This document shows, one piece after another, positions 17,853-28,510 of a stretch of 64,000 nt of DNA (position 1 is the stretch's first letter; the number at the start of each line of letters is the position of its first letter). Location: assembly GCA_963662285.2 (NCBI GenBank), contig CAXXMV010000002.1, forward strand, positions 352,001 through 416,000, read 5' to 3'. Origin of the DNA: a bacterium. GTDB lineage: Bacteria > Hinthialibacterota > Hinthialibacteria > Hinthialibacterales > Hinthialibacteraceae. A program made the translations under genes and the position numbers. A model generated the notes under the pieces. It made no database searches. It was not told the origin of the DNA and saw nothing but the letters and a program-made list of their open reading frames with translations.

Positions 17853-19931
17853 CTACTTTCTTTCACCTTCAAGGTATTCACGGCTAAAGAAGTAGATTAG
17901 ACCGTCTTCCGTCCCTAATAAAAGGTCCAGGCTGCCATTATTATCCCAGTCGACAATAGCGGGTGAAGTGGCGTGTCCGCAAAAGGATACACCCTCATCA
18001 TTCTTCAGTAAACTTCTTGCGTGAAGAAAATGACGATCATCTCCAGTGTTCTCATACCATACCGCTACCCGCTCATACTCTGCATAGCCGGGGTCTTCAT
18101 GGTCGCCGGCATTAGTGCAGCCCCGGATAATATCGCGGTCGCCGTCTCCATCCCAATCAGCAACCATCACTCGCATTCGTCCAGCGCGGCCATTCAATCC
18201 ATTGGTTATGCGGATCGGTTTGTTGTCTTTATAAAGGAATTCCCGTTCCGGGTTTTTTACGAATTGCACATTCTCTTTGCCGCATCCCTTATATAAAGCC
18301 AAATATCCTTCGCTCTCTAATGTGATTAGATCGCATACTCCATCGCCATCCCAGTCGGTCACCGCTGGTTGGCAGCGCCATTGAGTAATCAACTCGAAGT
18401 TCTTTGGTTTATGCCACACCCATGGAGGCGTAGGTGAATACCGGCTTCCTTCGGTTGCGCTTACTACAGAAACGCGGATAGGAATCCCGGCTTTTAATTC
18501 ATTGCTGCCTTTGATCCCTTCAAAATATGTGTATTGTCCCCAAATATCAGACAGGATCAAATCAGGTTCTCCATCTTTGTTCCAATCAGCTATTACCGGG
18601 CATGTATAGCCGTAATGCGCTTCATTGGGGCCTTGGATCGAGCCGTTGGCGCCGGCGGTGATGCGTATCGCTTGGCCATTAACGCGTAATGGTTGGCGGT
18701 TTTTGAATTCACTTTTCCTGGCGGAGCCGCTATTCTCAAAAAGCAGTACCTCTCCGTATGAATTGCCGGTAACAATATCAATATCACCGTCTTTATCCCA
18801 GTCAGCGACTGTTATCACGGCTAAACAACCAGCGTCAAGATATGGTTTCTTCTGTTGGACTGTGTTTATATTATTATAAGAGGGCGTAGAATTATTTAGG
18901 CTCTTTGATCCATATAATATTGAGACATTGCCATTCTCCTGCGTAAGAAATAAGTCAGGAATCTTGTCTTCATTCAGATAGCAGGCGGCTGGACGTATGT
19001 AGATTCCGGGAAGGGTATAACCTGAATGAACCAGTACTCTTCGGCCTCTACTCAGTTTAGGATTCTGCTGGTCGCCGATGTTTTCAAAATAGGTCAGATC
19101 ATAATGCCCGCCCACTAATAGATCGAGGTCTCCGTCCTGGTCCCAATCGCTTAGGGTAGGATTTGCTCCACCATAGAGTTCAAGGGGATGCTCTCCTGCT
19201 TGCAGGATTCCCATGTCCACCCAACTGATGGCGCCTTTTTCGTCTATTTTGCCCAGATGCAAACGTAACGTGTTGCGCAGCACGCCGCCTTTCCATATAC
19301 CGTCATCGGTATATGGCGATTCCCCGTTCTTCCATACTGACGCAGTCGGCCAAAAATCCCCCGGCAATTTATCCCCGCATAGCAGGTCTGGAATAGTATC
19401 GTTATTCCAATCGATAATCGCTTGAACTCCTTTGGGGAGCATGGGGATTTCAATTCCCGCGTCGAATTTGAATGTCCCGTTATTCTTATGCCATTTCCCG
19501 TCAATTACCAAGTCGGCCAATCCATCCTGATTACAGTCATAGGCTATCGGCGCTTTATCTACATCAAATAATTTGATTGGCGCAGCAAAAACCAGCTCTG
19601 CATGTTTTGACTTTGGTGAAATGTTTTCATATAAATGAATCCCCCAAAAATTATTCTTCGCTCCGCCGCCTAACGCCGAATGGACGACTATATCCACATC
19701 GCCGTCTTTATCAAAATCGGCGATGGTGACATGCGAGTTGTATCCACCGGAAAATGGACCTTCTTCGTCATCCCACATCAGGGGCGATCCCATACCGCGC
19801 GACGCCTGGGGTCCTGGAACTTGGGCTGAACATAGTGTTGGCAATAGTGTAACTAAGGTTAAGGCGAAAAATGTAAGCCTGCCGGTTGATAGTGAATTAC
19901 ACATTATGGTGACGCCCCCTGAATTTTTCAT
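17853..19931 (-). CDS. Secreted FG-GAP/VCBS-repeat beta-propeller protein
   Basis: Signal peptide, then many D[WF]DxDGDxD[LI] repeats (DFDKDGDVDI, DWDQDGDLDL, DWDKDGDIDI, DWNKDGEPDL, DWDGDGDRDI, DWDNNGSLDL). Confidence 0.9.
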   Translation of the reverse strand: MKNSGGVTIMCNSLSTGRLTFFALTLVTLLPTLCSAQVPGPQASRGMGSPLMWDDEEGPFSGGYNSHVTIADFDKDGDVDIVVHSALGGGAKNNFWGIHLYENISPKSKHAELVFAAPIKLFDVDKAPIAYDCNQDGLADLVIDGKWHKNNGTFKFDAGIEIPMLPKGVQAIIDWNNDTIPDLLCGDKLPGDFWPTASVWKNGESPYTDDGIWKGGVLRNTLRLHLGKIDEKGAISWVDMGILQAGEHPLELYGGANPTLSDWDQDGDLDLLVGGHYDLTYFENIGDQQNPKLSRGRRVLVHSGYTLPGIYIRPAACYLNEDKIPDLFLTQENGNVSILYGSKSLNNSTPSYNNINTVQQKKPYLDAGCLAVITVADWDKDGDIDIVTGNSYGEVLLFENSGSARKSEFKNRQPLRVNGQAIRITAGANGSIQGPNEAHYGYTCPVIADWNKDGEPDLILSDIWGQYTYFEGIKGSNELKAGIPIRVSVVSATEGSRYSPTPPWVWHKPKNFELITQWRCQPAVTDWDGDGVCDLITLESEGYLALYKGCGKENVQFVKNPEREFLYKDNKPIRITNGLNGRAGRMRVMVADWDGDGDRDIIRGCTNAGDHEDPGYAEYERVAVWYENTGDDRHFLHARSLLKNDEGVSFCGHATSPAIVDWDNNGSLDLLLGTEDGLIYFFSREYLEGERK

Positions 19932-19992
19932 TATGATGAGTATTGTTTTGAGCGGCTTTTAATAGAAAGGTATTATACGAATTTCCCCAAGT

Positions 19993-20520
19993 TTACATTA
20001 TATCGTCGTCAATTTCAGGATTGTTGAGTAATATCTCATAATCAAATATTGCTTCTTCCTGCCAATGCGTCTCAATGGCGCCAGGCCGACATTGACGGAC
20101 GGTGTTTATCGCATCGCTGGATGAATATCCTTTGGCTACCAGATAACAGGCCGCCATGGTTCCGGTCCGTCCTATACCACCGAGGCAGTGCACTACTACC
20201 GGACGTTTATCTTTGTTGTTCTGCTGCACGAAAGCAACAAATTCTCTAATCTGGCTTTGGGTAGGCGCCGTCATATCCGGTACGGGAATATGCAGATAAT
20301 TCAAATCGGCATGGGTGATAGATTTTTCGGAGAGAGGATATTCCGTCAGCGTTACTATTGCCCCGATGCCATGATCCTTCAACTCTTGCAGTTCTCTCTG
20401 CATCTCTTCCTGCGCCGCCTGATCAGCGTTCTCAAGATAAAGATAAGCCCGTGATGCTGTTGGTAGAGCCATCCCTGCTATTTCATTCTCGATTACCCAA
20501 TAAAAATTGTTTAACATCAT
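19993..20520 (-). CDS. Dual-specificity protein phosphatase (DUSP23/CDKN3-like)
   Basis: CX5R loop VHCLGGIGRTG, general-acid PVPDMTAP, RPGAIET. Confidence 0.9.
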   Translation of the reverse strand: MMLNNFYWVIENEIAGMALPTASRAYLYLENADQAAQEEMQRELQELKDHGIGAIVTLTEYPLSEKSITHADLNYLHIPVPDMTAPTQSQIREFVAFVQQNNKDKRPVVVHCLGGIGRTGTMAACYLVAKGYSSSDAINTVRQCRPGAIETHWQEEAIFDYEILLNNPEIDDDIM

Positions 20521-20559
20521 TCACTTCCACAAAAATTAAAATAATCACAAAAACATTTA

Positions 20560-20609
20560 TATAGCGGTTAACAACCGTATTGACGCACGTTATTTTGAGC
20601 ATCGCTCTA
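20560..20609. mobile_element. Minimal MITE-like element (TA[T/G]AGCG-ended family)
   Basis: TATAGCGGTTAACAACCGTATTGACGCACGTTATTTTGAGCATCGCTCTA. Its reverse complement aligns with 56184-56224 and both ends recur at 54780-54997. Confidence 0.6.
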
Positions 20610-20662
20610 AATACAATCTCGAAGGGATAAGAAAATTTTCAATTCTTTCCCTCCTCTATTCA

Positions 20663-23600
20663 CTATTCGCTTTGTATAGAATCCAGAATGTAATCAGGAG
20701 TTATCAATTCCTCTAATGCTTGTTGAAACAACTCACGATTCACCAGTAAAATACGGGATGGAATTTCGGCTCTGATTCTGCCTTTCATGCGTTCTCCGTT
20801 GAGGCTCTCTTCCAATCCAAGCAGCGATCCTTCTATTAATGGATCGGTTCTTCCGCCGTCAATAAAAAATCCTTTTCCAAGCAGAAAAACCGCAATATCT
20901 TCAGATATTTCATCTGATTCAAGCCATAGCGACTCTCCATGATTTAAGTTGATATGGCGCGACTCCAGGCAGACTCGCGCACTCAATGAAGGCGGGAATT
21001 CGTTAAATACTACAGCCTGACATAAGGCTTGCAGCCATGAATCTCCTGATTCGGCGTCCTGGATGGCTTTCAAAACGCTTGGCGTATTTTCATTAATGTC
21101 GTTACGGTTGATGCAAAGTAATTGCGTAGGGCTTATCGCTCGTACAGTTGCCGTCCGTTCTGCGCCTGATAAAAATCCGATCTCCCCAACGAAATCCCCT
21201 TCTGATAATACGGCAACTGTTTTGTTGCCGAATGGTCTTTCGATCTCCACCGAAATGTTTCCTGAAACTACGATATACAAAGATTTTTCGCATTTACCTT
21301 GATGAATAAAACGGTCGCCTGATTGGTACATGACTAGTCGGGCTTTTTTGGCGAGATACGGCAGTTCTTCATTCAGATCAACGAAAGTTGGAACCTTCCG
21401 CAGCCATTGGGACGCCTTCTCTATCGACCAATCAGTCAATCTTGGTACTGATACAGATGCAGGCATTAGTTTTACAAATTCTTTGGTTGCATACCAGGGA
21501 GTATTTTGCGCGATTCCCCGTATAATGGCGTTTAAGCCCTTTGACCCGCTTATTCGATTCAGGCGTGAGAAAAAGCGACGCATTGTCTCATCCGTCATCT
21601 CTTTAGGAATTGCGGTTTTGGGATAAAGGTTATACAAGCGTTGCAACGCCCGTAAGCATTCATCGCCTGTTTGGCGCAGGGTCCATTGGCTTTGAATAGG
21701 TTCTCCTGCATCACTCTCTTCAGTCGTCTTGGTTTTGGCTGATTGTCGCAGCAGCAATCCCCCTAATGTCAGCAGCGTCCCCATTGCAACCAAAAAGGGA
21801 CCGGATAACAACATATCTCCTCTGGTTATTCGTATAAGACCGATGTGGATTAATATCGCTCCGCATGATAGCGTTATGGTTGAATAGTTCCTGATGATTC
21901 CTATCCAACAGCTGCACAAGCACATTACTACAAATAATGCTGATACGAGGATTCGACTGATCATTTCAACGGTAGAATCGGAAGCGGGAAGCCAATACGC
22001 AGCGCCAAGACATAATATAATCACCCCGATGGTACATGCGATCTTAAAGCCTATTATATCTAGTATTTTTCCGGGGGATTTAAATAAAAATCCATAAATC
22101 ATCGTCCAATAAACTATCCACGCTGCCAGTAATATAGTATGCAAACGGATGCATGCCTGATATAGCCAGGGCTCTTGTCCAGGCGCTTGCTGCTCAATGC
22201 CTATTATTTCTAGATGACCTATGTTGAATGAACCTGTTATTGATTGTATAAATAACAGGATTCCACATAACAATGGCAGTAGATGAATAAGCGGTTCGTA
22301 TCCATTGCCGTCTGAATGCCAGCTAATAGCCGATGCAACTATCAATATAACGCCGCATAATATCATAGGCATTTGCAATGCAATGATTGATCCGGGCGTC
22401 ATGGTCCAGAAAAACTGAACCAGACAGATAAAACCGGCGGCCATTACCAGACCGACAATTGCATAATCTTTTTGCGGCCAATAGCGATGATGAATCTCTC
22501 GAACTATATCTCTCCCCAGCCATAGGAAAAAAGATATCATGGTTGTCAGTAAAGCCGTAGCGAATACTCCTACAATAATGAACAGCAATATCAATACAAG
22601 AGAGTTTTCTTCTTTAACAAAGTGGGTAACCAGCACTGGCAGTTTCCATCGCACCGCCAAAGCAGCTAATCTGAGAAAAACCAGACTGCTGACCAGCGTC
22701 CATCCTCCCCACGCAATAAACAGTAATTCATGTGGATCGCCATGTAATTTTGTGTGGATCAGGTAATGAAACGACCGGCGTAAGGATCGAGTCATCAATC
22801 CCATAATCGATTTCTGACGTAAGCGCAGCATGATCTCGCGTGATAGCAATGTGCAGTTCCAGGGCGCGAGCAGAATAAAAGCGCTAAACCATAGCGTGGC
22901 GGTGATATGAAAAAGTCCCTCTTGCCTGGCGCCAATGCTTAATCCTGCCAATGAAATAAATAATGAGGATAGAAACAGCAATACGATAATAGGAGAAGCA
23001 GCGTTATGCAGCGCCTGCCGCGTGGTCAATCCGCGCAGACGTCTGCCATCTAACCTGAATATGGGGAGGGCGTATCGATAATCGGCTATGCACTCAACCG
23101 GTGCGTTATGCGTTGCTCGAAGCACCATCGCTCCAAACCATAACGCCGTCAGCGTCCCCCCCATCATTGATAATACCACCACCAGTACGGCCATAGCCGT
23201 TGAATCCGCAATCAAAAACGGATCGACCTGATTAAACAATTCCCAATTGCTCCAAATACCCAAACCAAGCATGGCTATGGCGAAAATATGAAATATTGGG
23301 GATATCAATATTTTGCCGATGTTCTTCTCGAAACTTCCTAGAAGAGCCACCAGCCGGAATGGCGCTTTCCATGCTTTCGGTCTGCCCCAATACCCCCAGC
23401 CATTAATTTTTGTTTCGATTTCCCATGGGCTGTTTTCAAAAAATCCGTAGCGGTATAAATCCCAAAAAAGTTGACGGAAAGTGGCTAGAGATGCGATGCG
23501 GCCTTGAATCACATGCTGAAGAATCTCCGCCATAGTACGCTGGCCATCAATCAACTCGATTATCCGCTTCTCCGTATAGGAAACGCCCATGGCTGCGCCA

Positions 23601-23704
23601 TTATCCATATTGTGAAGGATCATCTCTTTTGGATGATCTTCTGACGGAGAGTAACTATGTTCTATTAAACGGGGTTGGCGTGATAACACGTTTTGCGAAA
23701 TCAT
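20663..23704 (-). CDS. Large polytopic membrane protein: N-terminal PqqD/winged-helix-like domain, degenerate peptidase-M50-like TM region, C-terminal cNMP-binding domain(s)
   Basis: N-terminal IIELIDGQRTMAEI...LYRYGF; many TM helices; canonical cNMP motif LYIVVSG...GDFVGEIGFLSGAERTATVRA plus a second, degenerate cNMP domain. Confidence 0.72.
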   Translation of the reverse strand: MISQNVLSRQPRLIEHSYSPSEDHPKEMILHNMDNGAAMGVSYTEKRIIELIDGQRTMAEILQHVIQGRIASLATFRQLFWDLYRYGFFENSPWEIETKINGWGYWGRPKAWKAPFRLVALLGSFEKNIGKILISPIFHIFAIAMLGLGIWSNWELFNQVDPFLIADSTAMAVLVVVLSMMGGTLTALWFGAMVLRATHNAPVECIADYRYALPIFRLDGRRLRGLTTRQALHNAASPIIVLLFLSSLFISLAGLSIGARQEGLFHITATLWFSAFILLAPWNCTLLSREIMLRLRQKSIMGLMTRSLRRSFHYLIHTKLHGDPHELLFIAWGGWTLVSSLVFLRLAALAVRWKLPVLVTHFVKEENSLVLILLFIIVGVFATALLTTMISFFLWLGRDIVREIHHRYWPQKDYAIVGLVMAAGFICLVQFFWTMTPGSIIALQMPMILCGVILIVASAISWHSDGNGYEPLIHLLPLLCGILLFIQSITGSFNIGHLEIIGIEQQAPGQEPWLYQACIRLHTILLAAWIVYWTMIYGFLFKSPGKILDIIGFKIACTIGVIILCLGAAYWLPASDSTVEMISRILVSALFVVMCLCSCWIGIIRNYSTITLSCGAILIHIGLIRITRGDMLLSGPFLVAMGTLLTLGGLLLRQSAKTKTTEESDAGEPIQSQWTLRQTGDECLRALQRLYNLYPKTAIPKEMTDETMRRFFSRLNRISGSKGLNAIIRGIAQNTPWYATKEFVKLMPASVSVPRLTDWSIEKASQWLRKVPTFVDLNEELPYLAKKARLVMYQSGDRFIHQGKCEKSLYIVVSGNISVEIERPFGNKTVAVLSEGDFVGEIGFLSGAERTATVRAISPTQLLCINRNDINENTPSVLKAIQDAESGDSWLQALCQAVVFNEFPPSLSARVCLESRHINLNHGESLWLESDEISEDIAVFLLGKGFFIDGGRTDPLIEGSLLGLEESLNGERMKGRIRAEIPSRILLVNRELFQQALEELITPDYILDSIQSE

Positions 23705-23738
23705 TGATTATCCGGTTCCTGCTAATGCTAGATATCTC

Positions 23739-24200
23739 TTATCTGCTGCTTTTTGTTGCTCGTCTACGAGTATCGGGCGATATTATTGAATTAGTTTTTC
23801 CAGTTAGATTGTTCAGTACGCTCTCCGGGTAGGGATGGCCAAAATCGTCTTTGGTCTGCTGTTTCATGTCAGGGCCAAAGCATAATATTTCAAATTTGAT
23901 GGCAAAAAACCAATATGATTTTCCCCAAGGATCAATTAATACTTTCTCCAGAGGGGAGTCGAATTCTTGTCTTAAAAATGCGCATAATTCCTGCTGGTTC
24001 ATTGGATAGCGGTTGTGTAGGGAGCGATATTCGGTCAATTTGCCATGTAGTTGGTTCATTTGGGCGTATGCCGCCTTGATCTTTACGCTGTCGAATGTAC
24101 CCATCAACACATCTTTCATCGAACCGGAAGCGAACGAGATCACTGCAGTTATTACCGCAAACTTAACTAAGAGAGATAGCGCATTCATCAGTTTCGCCAT
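23739..24200 (-). CDS. GspG/pseudopilin-like small protein
   Basis: N-terminal hydrophobic helix, EY-xxx-H-xRYP, DPWGKSY and GPD-xxxx-TKDD as in the T2SS G domain. No G|FTLIE prepilin site. Confidence 0.6.
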   Translation of the reverse strand: MAKLMNALSLLVKFAVITAVISFASGSMKDVLMGTFDSVKIKAAYAQMNQLHGKLTEYRSLHNRYPMNQQELCAFLRQEFDSPLEKVLIDPWGKSYWFFAIKFEILCFGPDMKQQTKDDFGHPYPESVLNNLTGKTNSIISPDTRRRATKSSR

Positions 24201-24319
24201 TTCTACAGATTTTGGTGATACGGTATTTCCTGTATCGCTTTATGGATAAATCAGACTTATAGACTACTCTATCATATTATATAGTTGATAATCAATCATT
24301 CATGTCGCACTTTTTTTCT

Positions 24320-26104
24320 TCAAGAGCTGTTCTCGAATATAATCGGCAGTCTCTCGCTATATATATCTTCTCTCAGTGTCTTTGCTTGGCCAGCTTTTGC
24401 GATTTCCATACGTTGATCGGGATGCGCCAAATAATAATCCGTCTTTTCAGCAAGTTCTTTGGGGTCGCGGAAAACGTCCAATTCTTCACCAATTTTATAT
24501 CTCTCTTCAATAAATGGACGATATTCGGTCAACAGAAAGCCGCCGCAGGCCATAACATCAAACATCCTTATGGTTGGCGAGTTCATGCATTGAACATTGA
24601 ATATATTAAGGTTGATCTTTGATCGGTTATAAATCCAAGGCGTTTCATGCATGAAATCAAGTGATCTTCCCGAATATAAACCCGTGAGCGGACCTACAAG
24701 CGCTTTCATTGTCCAGCCAGCATCTCCATAGATCGAAAGTGGCTTATTCATCAAAGCTTTCAGATATTCGTTTCGTATATAAAAAGTGGTCAGATCTTCA
24801 ATCAATGCCAGTCGCGCCGGTTCAGGTAGACCACTGATAGGAGGTTTTAATTGTTTAATCTCGTCATATTGAAATATCTCGCTTTTTCGGATCCTTTCGC
24901 AAATAAGGTTTTCAAAGGCCTGCATCGGTGGATTTTTATTAGATAACCATTTAAGAAAGCGCTCATCAAAGCGTTGCAAACCTGTTGATCCGACGAAAGT
25001 TATATCCATCTCTGCGGGCGGATTCGACGGCGCCGGGCCTTGCAATCCATGGCTGAATGTCGCCGCCGCCGCTAAATATTGCACAGGTTTATCAAGCCTT
25101 TTCCCCAATTCCATCGCCAGGATGGGATCAAAGCAATAAATTCGATCCAGATCGCTTAAAAAAGAGTCTTTTAGATCAAACCGGAAAGGATCGTCATAAA
25201 ACCACAGCAGGCGCTCTATACCATGATCTTTTATTCTCTCCCACTCAATATCTTGAAATACGTTAGGAGAAAAAGCCAGCAGCGACTTTGGCAGTGGATA
25301 TCCAACCGTCTCCCATATTGGAATATCGCTTCCCATTAATGATGTGATTGCGCTGCGTCGCTTGATCTCTCTTATAGCCAGATTGACCTGCCTGGCTTGC
25401 TCTGATAATGTCACTGATAATTCTTTATGTACTTCGGAAGTAGCAATGCAATATGTCGATGCATCCTGTTTGAGCGATTCTTTTTTCAATAGGCTAGTTT
25501 TTATAAAAGATGCGTGGCTTTTATCTGCAATATTTTTTAATTCTAATATAATCTTTTGCTCATTTTCGAACAGATTTCGACCTGCAATTATTTGATAATC
25601 ATTTTTGAGTAATGATCCATGATTTTTGAGAGTTTTTTTAACTGTTTCAATGGCATCGTCGCCAGCCAGGATATGTAAATTGGATGATTTCAGCGCCTCT
25701 CGCCAATCGCAGGTTTGCAACGCCAGAAAAAGGATATCGTAGTCCGGCTCAACCAGAATTATTTTTCTTGTTCTTAAAAATATCTCCAGAGCGCATGGCG
25801 CATATCCCAGTCCACTTGAGAAAAGAATCACTAAGCCCATTTGTCCGGTTACATTTTTTTTTATGTCTTCTATGGCTTTATTTTTTGGATGGATTTTATC
25901 ATGCAGATAAACTGTTTTTCCATCAACTTGTTTCACTAATGATAGTTGTCCGGATGGGCAGATAACCGTTTGGTATTTAGGAAATTCTCCCCGTTTTCGC
26001 TGTTCCTGCAAATAATACAACAATCCCTTCGCTGCATCTGGGTGATGCTGTTGCAGTAGATTAAGATTTTCTTGAGCGAATATTTGGGTTGCGTCCATCG
26101 TCAA
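24320..26104 (-). CDS. CgeB-like glycosyltransferase (Glyco_trans_1_2) with N-terminal MAF/Rossmann-like domain
   Basis: N-terminal N-L-xx-L, LHDKIHP, SGLGY, ILVEPD; WFYDDP; C-terminal DITFVGS, SKINLNI, RMFDVMACGGFLLT. Confidence 0.8.
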   Translation of the reverse strand: MTMDATQIFAQENLNLLQQHHPDAAKGLLYYLQEQRKRGEFPKYQTVICPSGQLSLVKQVDGKTVYLHDKIHPKNKAIEDIKKNVTGQMGLVILFSSGLGYAPCALEIFLRTRKIILVEPDYDILFLALQTCDWREALKSSNLHILAGDDAIETVKKTLKNHGSLLKNDYQIIAGRNLFENEQKIILELKNIADKSHASFIKTSLLKKESLKQDASTYCIATSEVHKELSVTLSEQARQVNLAIREIKRRSAITSLMGSDIPIWETVGYPLPKSLLAFSPNVFQDIEWERIKDHGIERLLWFYDDPFRFDLKDSFLSDLDRIYCFDPILAMELGKRLDKPVQYLAAAATFSHGLQGPAPSNPPAEMDITFVGSTGLQRFDERFLKWLSNKNPPMQAFENLICERIRKSEIFQYDEIKQLKPPISGLPEPARLALIEDLTTFYIRNEYLKALMNKPLSIYGDAGWTMKALVGPLTGLYSGRSLDFMHETPWIYNRSKINLNIFNVQCMNSPTIRMFDVMACGGFLLTEYRPFIEERYKIGEELDVFRDPKELAEKTDYYLAHPDQRMEIAKAGQAKTLREDIYSERLPIIFENSS

Positions 26105-26323
26105 TATATGAAATGCGTTAGAGTGATTTGTATAATAAAAGCCTGATTCACGTTTATAAAATATCAGTAATGTTAATAATCTGTCATCTTAACATACCAT
26201 TGATGCAAATAAACTAGTGAAAACAAGATTGCTCTAATTTAATTGCTCATAGCAATTATCTAAGTTCTGAAATAAATTTGATTTATTTACCTTTTTGATA
26301 AGGCTGAAAGTAGGGGAAAATAA

Positions 26324-28045
26324 ATGACTTCAAAAGTAATCTCTCTGTGGCGCTCATGCCCTGCATTAATCAATAATCCTATCCTTGTAAGAGAATTCTG
26401 GACTCGCCTGCGTAAAAAAGGTTCTTTTGCATCGCTGCTTATTCTTCTTCTTTTCGCATCCCTGATATTTCTATCCTGGTGGAGCATACTAACCAAAGGC
26501 AATCAGCCTGCGGGTTTGCCTGCAGAGCAGATGAATCTGATGATCTTTATGCAACTGGTCATGCAGGCCAAATTTGTAGCCATAATTATCATTGTTTTCA
26601 TCACTGCTTCGGCCATAAATCAGGAAACCCGCGAGCACTCCTGGGATCTATTACGAACTACTCCGATTAACCTATCCAGCATTATTTTAGCCAAACTACT
26701 CGCTCCAGTAGTATTTATATGGTTCATGTTGTTCGCCTTAAATCCATTTTACGCCATGCTCACCATTGGCGGTTCCATCGCCCCAAGCGACCTTGTAAAT
26801 GCATTCATTAATATTACCGAAACTCTCTTGATCGCTGGTTTGATTGGTCTCTATAACTCATCCAGAAATAAATCCGCCGTTCGCGCCATATCAAATACTC
26901 TCGTGACTCTATTTCTGCTTTATTTAGTAATCCCGCAATTATCGACGTTAGTTATGGCATTTCGGTGGACTTCTTTCGCATCATATTTTCGTTATTTACA
27001 ATATATTTCTCCCGGTTTTTTGACCATATATGCGTTTAATCCAGCGGGTGGTTTAAGTAATGCGCTAACCGAAGCGATAATCTTTCATAGTTGTTTTACT
27101 TTCTTAATCGTTTATTTCTTTTCGCGGGGATTGGTAAGAAATATCCGGCTTAATGCCGATCAGGGTGATGAACAGCCCAAAAAGAGAGGCAATCCGTTTT
27201 TTAGTTTTGGTTCAAAAAAAGGCGGCGATTCTACTGCATCTTTGACTTTCCCCGATTGGTGCAACCCGGTTTGGATGAAGGACAAATATGAAATCGTTGA
27301 CCGCTATTCTACTAAATCATATATGGAATTAATATATTTGGTCATGGCGGGTATATTCTTGATGGCTTGCTTTTGCGGGCTTTTTCAGGGGAAAATGAAT
27401 TTTAATGCTTACCACTACATGGCTATCATCCCAATTTTACTCACGCCATTCTTGATTCTGCCTTATGCCGCCAACTCGTTTCGCAGCGAAATGGACGCCA
27501 ATACCTGGTGCTTGCTGGTTTCCAGTCCCATGCCGGACGCCAAAATATCCTGGGGTAAATGTCAGGCGGGTATGTATTTTTTCGTTCGACGCTACTGGGC
27601 GCTTTTTGGCCCTTGGATTATCTGCGGCATCATTGGATCTCGTCTGCTTAAAGATAATCAAGTCAGTTGTATTTTATATACTGTGGTATTAAGCCATGTT
27701 TCCGCCTTCTTCTTCCTCTCTGTTGGCATGATTGCATCAATAATTGCCCGTAAAACCATCTCCGCCTATATAATATCTTTCCTTCTGATAATTTTTCTAC
27801 TATTTGGAATGCCATATCTAAGTCTTCTGTTGGGCTTTGGTAATCAAATAAATAGTAATCCTGTAGTAATGATTGCTTCTCCATTCTATCTTGTTGCTGG
27901 CAGCGTTTTTTCGCAGAAACTTGGCAACCTCAGCCAATACGTCCCCTTCCAAATCGTCTGGATGGTGGGCGCCTCAATGCTGCTTCAGTTGTGTATAACA
28001 AAAATAATCCCTACCCGCATCCAAACCGGAGGCAAATTCAGCTGA
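26324..28045 (+). CDS. ABC-2-type exporter permease with two tandem permease domains
   Basis: NPILVREF...INQETREHSWDLLRTTP...IILAKL, then a second copy NPVWMKD...FRSEMDANTWCLLVSSP...ISWGK. Confidence 0.78.
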   Translation: MTSKVISLWRSCPALINNPILVREFWTRLRKKGSFASLLILLLFASLIFLSWWSILTKGNQPAGLPAEQMNLMIFMQLVMQAKFVAIIIIVFITASAINQETREHSWDLLRTTPINLSSIILAKLLAPVVFIWFMLFALNPFYAMLTIGGSIAPSDLVNAFINITETLLIAGLIGLYNSSRNKSAVRAISNTLVTLFLLYLVIPQLSTLVMAFRWTSFASYFRYLQYISPGFLTIYAFNPAGGLSNALTEAIIFHSCFTFLIVYFFSRGLVRNIRLNADQGDEQPKKRGNPFFSFGSKKGGDSTASLTFPDWCNPVWMKDKYEIVDRYSTKSYMELIYLVMAGIFLMACFCGLFQGKMNFNAYHYMAIIPILLTPFLILPYAANSFRSEMDANTWCLLVSSPMPDAKISWGKCQAGMYFFVRRYWALFGPWIICGIIGSRLLKDNQVSCILYTVVLSHVSAFFFLSVGMIASIIARKTISAYIISFLLIIFLLFGMPYLSLLLGFGNQINSNPVVMIASPFYLVAGSVFSQKLGNLSQYVPFQIVWMVGASMLLQLCITKIIPTRIQTGGKFS

Positions 28046-28199
28046 TTGGAACATCCTAATGATGACTGATCCGGTCATTCATTCCAAGACTTGGATTTTA
28101 TTATATGACAATATCGATAAACATTGTAAAGATATAAAAGGCAAGCAGAAGAAAAGCATGAAAATCTTGAAGTTTTTCTATTCGATTTGAAAATCATAC

Positions 28200-28510
28200 A
28201 GATTTTTTCAATTTTAATCCACAACTTATACACATGCTGTTGATGATTAATTAACAGTTGATAAAATCTTGAAAAAAGTGAAATAGCGCCGAATTTACAG
28301 GTTTTTATTCAAAATCAATGTTTTGGCACGAACTTTTATTCAGGTAAATATTAATTCTTCTCCACAGGGTGAATATTCCAAGAGGTGTGATTTTGGAATT
28401 ACTTAAGGAATAATATGATTAATATAATGTATTGATATTAGAAACAATTAACTGCTTTTATTCTGTTGGAGTTTTTGTGGTTAATTATAAGTTTAAGTGT
28501 GTTGAAAGCA
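28200..28510. other. DnaA-box cluster with AT-rich tract; candidate replication origin or DnaA-titration site
   Basis: TTATACACA 28226-34; one-mismatch boxes at 28215-23 (TAATCCACA), 28358-66 (TTCTCCACA) and 28476-84 (minus, TTAACCACA); weaker boxes at 28238-46 and 28256-64; AT-rich tract about 28405-28455. All lie in a 486-bp gap between convergent genes. Confidence 0.5.
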
